A stretch of DNA of 64,000 bases from Auanema rhodensis. Lineage: Eukaryota; Animalia; Nematoda. Within the stretch, counting starts at the first letter, position 1. Every line of letters begins with the position of its first letter. Location: assembly GCA_964057225.1 (NCBI GenBank), contig OZ059897.1, positions 3,968,001 to 4,032,000 on the forward strand, written 5' to 3'. This document shows positions 57,401-64,000 of this stretch, in pieces. The notes below the pieces were generated by a model, which was given only the letters and a program-made list of their open reading frames with translations, was not told where the DNA came from and ran no database searches. Position numbers and translations under genes: made by a program.

Positions 57401-60400
57401 TTTGTCACAATGTTTTTGGAAGCAATGTTAAGTGTACATGGGAACTCAACACACACTAATGCAATTTTTTTTCAAACGATCATAACTAATTTTTGTATAG
57501 AGCGTTTCTCAATGTAGTATAGTGCATTCGATGCGGATTTTTAAGCTGCGTCGATCTGTGTTATCCGATTTGAGTTAGCTTAAAAATGCACCGAGATATC
57601 AACTGATATAGGTTCACACTTATATCCTCGATTTTCACCCTGAAGAATTAATTTTTTCGTTGAAAAACATTGTCCATCGTATTCGTCTTGAAAAAAAGAA
57701 TCTAAAAACATCTACTTTTTGTGAAATTATTTAGAAATTTTTCGGGAAAATTTTTGTCAAAATGTTTTTGGAAGCAATGTTGAGTGTACATGGGAACTCA
57801 ACATACACTAATGCATTATTTTTCAAACGATCATAACTAATTTTTGTATAGAGCGTTTCTCAATGTAGTATAGTGCATTCGATGCGGATTTTTAAGCTGC
57901 GTTGATCTGTGTTATCAGATTTGAGTTAACTTAAAAATGCACCGAGATATCAACTGATATAGGTTCACACTTATATCCTCGATTTTCACCCTGAAGAAAT
58001 GATTTTTTCGTTGAAAAACATTGTCCATCGTATTCGTCTTGAAAAAAGGAATCTAAAAACATCTACTTTTTGTGAAATTATTTAGAAATTTTTCGGGAAA
58101 ATTTTTGTCAAAATGTTTTTGGAAGCAATGTTGAGTGTACATGGGAACTCAACATACACTAATGCATTATTTTTCAAACGATCATAACTAATTTTTGTAT
58201 AGAGCGTTTCTCATTGTAGTATAGTGCATTCGATGCGGATTTTTAAGCTGCGTTGATCTGTGTTATCAGATTTGCGCTAGCTTAAAAATGCACCGAGTAA
58301 TCAACTGATATAGGTTCACACTTATATCCTCGATTTTCACCCTGAAGAATTAATTTTTTCGTTGAATAACATTGTCCATCGTCTTTGCCTTGAAAAAAGG
58401 AATCTAAAAACATCTACTTTTTGTGAAATTATTCAGAAATTTTTCGGGAAAATTTTTGTCACAATGTTTTTGGAAGCAATGTTGAGTGTACATGGGAACT
58501 CAGCATACACTAATGCATTATTTTTCAAACGATCATAACTAATTTTTGTATAGAGCGTTTCTCAATGTAGTATAGTGCATTCGATGCGGATTTTTAAGCT
58601 GCGTTGATCTGTGTTATCAGATTTGCGCTAGCTTAAAAATGCACCGAGTAATCAACTGATATAGGTTCACACTTATATCCTCGATTTTCACCCTGAAGAA
58701 TTAATTTTTTCGTTGAATAACATTGTCCATCGTCTTTGCCTTGAAAAAAGAAATCTAAAAACATCTACTTTTTGTGAAATTATTCAGAAATTTTTCGGGA
58801 AAATTTTTGTCACAATGTTTTTGGAAGCAATGTTAAGTGTACATGGGAACTCAACACACACTAATGCAATTTTTTTTCAAACGATCATAACTAATTTTTG
58901 TATAGAGCGTTTCTCAATGTAGTATAGTGCATTCGATGCGGATTTTTAAGCTGCGTCGATCTGTGTTATCCGATTTGAGTTAGCTTAAAAATGCACCGAG
59001 ATATCAACTGATATAGGTTCACACTTATATCCTCGATTTTCACCCTGAAGAATTAATTTTTTCGTTGAAAAACATTGTCCATCGTATTCGTCTTGAAAAA
59101 AAGAATCTAAAAACATCTACTTTTTGTGAAATTATTTAGAAATTTTTCGGGAAAATTTTTGTCAAAATGTTTTTGGAAGCAATGTTGAGTGTACATGGGA
59201 ACTCAACATACACTAATGCATTATTTTTTAAACGATCATAACTAATTTTTGTATAGAGCGTTTCTCAATGTAGTATAGTGCATTCGATGCGGATTTTTAA
59301 GCTGCGTCGATCTGTGTTATCCGATTTGAGTTAGCTTAAAAATGCACCGAGATATCAACTGATATAGGTTCACACTTATATCCTCGATTTTCACCCTGAA
59401 GAATTAATTTTTTCGTTGAAAAACATTGTCCATCGTATTCGTCTTGAAAAAAAGAATCTAAAAACATCTACTTTTTGTGAAATTATTTGGAAATTTTTCG
59501 GGAAAATTTTTGTCAAAATGTTTTTGGAAGCAATGTTGAGTGTACATGGGAACTCAACATACACTAATGCATTATTTTTCAAACGATCATAACTAATTTT
59601 TGTATAGAGCGTTTCTCAATGTAGTATAGTGCATTCGATGCGGATTTTTAAGCTGCGTTGATCTGTGTTATCAGATTTGAGTTAACTTAAAAATGCACCG
59701 AGATATCAACTGATATAGGTTCACACTTATATCCTCGATTTTCACCCTGAAGAAATGATTTTTTCGTTGAAAAACATTGTCCATCGTATTCGTCTTGAAA
59801 AAAGGAATCTAAAAACATCTACTTTTTGTGAAATTATTTAGAAATTTTTCGGGAAAATTTTTGTCAAAATGTTTTTGGAAGCAATGTTGAGTGTACATGG
59901 GAACTCAACATACACTAATGCATTATTTTTCAAACGATCATAACTAATTTTTGTATAGAGCGTTTCTCAATGTAGTATAGTGCATTCGATGCGGATTTTT
60001 AAGCTGCGTTGATCTGTGTTATCAGATTTGAGTTAACTTAAAAATGCACCGAGATATCAACTGATATATGTTCACACTTATATCCTCGATTTTCACCCTG
60101 AAGAAATGATTTTTTCGTTGAATAACATTGTCCATCGTCTTCGTCTTGAAAAAAGGAATCTAAAAACATCTACTTTTTGTGAAATTATTTAGAATTTTTT
60201 CGGGAAAATTTTTGTCAAAATGTTTTTGGAAGCAATGTTGAGTGTACATGGGAACTCAACATACACTAATGCATTATTTTTCAAACGATCATAACTAATT
60301 TTTGTATAGAGCGTTTCTCAATGTAGTATAGTGCATTCGATGCGGATTTTTAAGCTGCGTTGATCTGTGTTATCAGATTTGCGCTAGCTTAAAAATGCAC

Positions 60401-62015
60401 CGAGTAATCAACTGATATAGGTTCACACTTATATCCTCGATTTTCACCCTGAAGAATTAATTTTTTCGTTGAATAACATTGTCCATCGTCTTTGCCTTGA
60501 AAAAAGGAATCTAAAAACATCTACTTTTTGTGAAATTATTCAGAAATTTTTCGGGAAAATTTTTGTCACAATGTTTTTGGAAGCAATGTTGAGTGTACAT
60601 GGGAACTCAGCATACACTAATGCATTATTTTTCAAACGATCATAACTAATTTTTGTATAGAGCGTTTCTCAATGTAGTATAGTGCATTCGATGCGGATTT
60701 TTAAGCTGCGTTGATCTGTGTTATCAGATTTGCGCTAGCTTAAAAATGCACCGAGTAATCAACTGATATAGGTTCACACTTATATCCTCGATTTTCACCC
60801 TGAAGAATTAATTTTTTCGTTGAATAACATTGTCCATCGTCTTTGCCTTGAAAAAAGAAATCTAAAAACATCTACTTTTTGTGAAATTATTCAGAAATTT
60901 TTCGGGAAAATTTTTGTCACAATGTTTTTGGAAGCAATGTTAAGTGTACATGGGAACTCAACACACACTAATGCAATTTTTTTTCAAACGATCATAACTA
61001 ATTTTTGTATAGAGCGTTTCTCAATGTAGTATAGTGCATTCGATGCGGATTTTTAAGCTGCGTCGATCTGTGTTATCCGATTTGAGTTAGCTTAAAAATG
61101 CACCGAGATATCAACTGATATAGGTTCACACTTATATCCTCGATTTTCACCCTGAAGAATTAATTTTTTCGTTGAAAAACATTGTCCATCGTATTCGTCT
61201 TGAAAAAAAGAATCTAAAAACATCTACTTTTTGTGAAATTATTTAGAAATTTTTCGGGAAAATTTTTGTCAAAATGTTTTTGGAAGCAATGTTGAGTGTA
61301 CATGGGAACTCAACATACACTAATGCATTATTTTTCAAACGATCATAACTAATTTTTGTATAGAGCGTTTCTCAATGTAGTATAGTGCATTCGATGCGGA
61401 TTTTTAAGCTGCGTTGATCTGTGTTATCAGATTTGAGTTAACTTAAAAATGCACCGAGATATCAACTGATATAGGTTCACACTTATATCCTCGATTTTCA
61501 CCCTGAAGAAATGATTTTTTCGTTGAAAAACATTGTCCATCGTATTCGTCTTGAAAAAAGGAATCTAAAAACATCTACTTTTTGTGAAATTATTTAGAAA
61601 TTTTTCGGGAAAATTTTTGTCAAAATGTTTTTGGAAGCAATGTTGAGTGTACATGGGAACTCAACATACACTAATGCATTATTTTTCAAACGATCATAAC
61701 TAATTTTTGTATAGAGCGTTTCTCAATGTAGTATAGTGCATTCGATGCGGATTTTTAAGCTGCGTTGATCTGTGTTATCAGATTTGAGTTAACTTAAAAA
61801 TGCACCGAGATATCAACTGATATATGTTCACACTTATATCCTCGATTTTCACCCTGAAGAAATGATTTTTTCGTTGAATAACATTGTCCATCGTATTCGT
61901 CTTGAAAAAAGGAATCTAAAAACATCTACTTTTTGTGAAATTATTTAGAAATTTTTCGGGAAAATTTTTGTCAAAATGTTTTTGGAAGCAATGTTGAGTG
62001 TACATGGGAACTCAA

Positions 62016-64000
62016 CATACACTAATGCATTATTTTTCAAACGATCATAACTAATTTTTGTATAGAGCGTTTCTCAATGTAGTATAGTGCATTCGATGCG
62101 GATTTTTAAGCTGCGTTGATCTGTGTTATCAGATTTGAGTTAACTTAAAAATGCACCGAGATATCAACTGATATAGGTTCACACTTATATCCTCGATTTT
62201 CACCCTGAAGAAATGATTTTTTCGTTGAAAAACATTGTCCATCGTATTCGTCTTGAAAAAAGGAATCTAAAAACATCTACTTTTTGTGAAATTATTTAGA
62301 AATTTTTCGGGAAAATTTTTGTCAAAATGTTTTTGGAAGCAATGTTGAGTGTACATGGGAACTCAACATACACTAATGCATTATTTTTCAAACGATCATA
62401 ACTAATTTTTGTATAGAGCGTTTCTCATTGTAGTATAGTGCATTCGATGCGGATTTTTAAGCTGCGTTGATCTGTGTTATCAGATTTGAGTTAACTTAAA
62501 AATGCACCGAGATATCAACTGATATATGTTCACACTTATATCCTCGATTTTCACCCTGAAGAAATGATTTTTTCGTTGAATAACATTGTCCATCGTCTTC
62601 GTCTTGAAAAAAGGAATCTAAAAACATCTACTTTTTGTGAAATTATTTAGAATTTTTTCGGGAAAATTTTTGTCAAAATGTTTTTGGAAGCAATGTTGAG
62701 TGTACATGGGAACTCAACATACACTAATGCATTATTTTTCAAACGATCATAACTAATTTTTGTATTAAGCGTTTATCAATGTAGTATAGTGCATTCGATG
62801 CGGATTTTTAAGCTGCGTCGATCTGTGTTATCAGATTTGCGCTAGCTTGAAAATACACCGAGATATCAACTGATATAGGTTCACACTTATATTCTCGATT
62901 TTCACCCTGAAGAATTAATTTTTTCGTTGAATAACATTGTCCATCGTCTTTGCCTTGAAAAAAGGAATCTAAAAACATCTACTTTTTGTGAAATTATTCA
63001 GAAATTTTTCGGGAAAATTTTTGTCACAATGTTTTTGGAAGCAATGTTGAGTGTACATGGGAACTCAGCATACACTAATGCATTATTTTTCAAACGATCA
63101 TAACTAATTTTTGTATAGAGCGTTTCTCAATGTAGTATAGTGCATTCGATGCGGATTTTTAAGCTGCGTTGATCTGTGTTATCAGATTTGAGTTAACTTA
63201 AAAATGCACCGAGATATCAACTGATATAGGTTCACACTTATATCCTCGATTTTCACCCTGAAGAAATGATTTTTTCGTTGAAAAACATTGTCCATCGTAT
63301 TCGTCTTGAAAAAAGGAATCTAAAAACATCTACTTTTTGTGAAATTATTTAGAAATTTTTCGGGAAAATTTTTGTCAAAATGTTTTTGGAAGCAATGTTG
63401 AGTGTACATGGGAACTCAACATACACTAATGCATTATTTTTCAAACGATCATAACTAATTTTTGTATAGAGCGTTTCTCATTGTAGTATAGTGCATTCGA
63501 TGCGGATTTTTAAGCTGCGTTGATCTGTGTTATCAGATTTGAGTTAACTTAAAAATGCACCGAGATATCAACTGATATATGTTCACACTTATATCCTCGA
63601 TTTTCACCCTGAAGAAATGATTTTTTCGTTGAATAACATTGTCCATCGTCTTCGTCTTGAAAAAAGGAATCTAAAAACATCTACTTTTTGTGAAATTATT
63701 TAGAATTTTTTCGGGAAAATTTTTGTCAAAATGTTTTTGGAAGCAATGTTGAGTGTACATGGGAACTCAACATACACTAATGCATTATTTTTCAAACGAT
63801 CATAACTAATTTTTGTATTAAGCGTTTATCAATGTAGTATAGTGCATTCGATGCGGATTTTTAAGCTGCGTCGATCTGTGTTATCAGATTTGCGCTAGCT
63901 TGAAAATACACCGAGATATCAACTGATATAGGTTCACACTTATATTCTCGATTTTCACCCTGAAGAATTAATTTTTTCGTTGAATAACATTGTCCATCGT
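62016..64000 (+). repeat. 3-monomer (1053 bp) tandem duplication
   Basis: AAATACACCG and TATATTCTCG variants at ~62855/62893 and ~63908/63946, and CTCATTGT at ~62428 and ~63481. Confidence 0.85.

Larger units (their letters stand above)
1..64000. repeat. Satellite DNA array, 351-bp monomer, ~182.3 tandem head-to-tail copies, extending beyond both window ends
   Basis: The CACCGAG anchor recurs at 1, 352, 703, 1054, 1405, 1756, 2107, 2458, 2809, 3161 and so on to 63909. 63908 = 182x351 + 26, which matches the 26 single-base insertions I counted. No unique sequence or inversion seen. Confidence 0.99.

Noticed and set aside
59391-59582. 63-aa minus-strand ORF
   Set aside because: Created by a singleton SNP (TTTAG>TTTGG, ~59489) in one monomer.
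16921-61029. Repeated 69-73 aa ORF (MNNIVHRLCLEKRNLK...) and the 61-aa ORF at 50274
   Set aside because: The 69-73 aa frame opens only when TTTAG>TTCAG removes a stop and the +1 T shifts frame, and the 61-aa ORF has only the first change. Most starts are TTG, about 90% of monomers lack the ORF, and I see no recognisable domain. It is a marker of a monomer subtype, not a supported gene. Ribo-seq or peptide evidence would be needed.
1-64000. CRISPR array or other repeat-spacer system
   Set aside because: There are no unique spacers: the entire 351-bp unit repeats, and no cas genes are present.

Overview
The whole 64-kb window is one uninterrupted, head-to-tail, single-orientation satellite DNA array with a 351-bp AT-rich monomer (about 32% GC counted on monomer 1). 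It holds 182 full monomers plus a 92-bp partial one. I see no genes, RNA genes, CRISPR array or transposon insertions, and all ORFs in the track are by-products of monomer variants. The structure of interest lies in the variant pattern: (i) local tandem duplications of 2, 3, 4, 5, 7, 8, 9 and 12 monomers and a recurrent ~6-mer spacing, with no fixed higher-order repeat (HOR); (ii) an A-B-A'-C layering of variant haplotypes along the array; (iii) length change only through +1 bases at homopolymer runs; (iv) a ~51-bp imperfect hairpin and other dyads in each monomer; (v) no CpG depletion. This fits a eukaryotic, probably invertebrate, centromeric or pericentromeric satellite, which is inference. 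I cannot assign the species or family, and I find no support for a novel protein-coding system.
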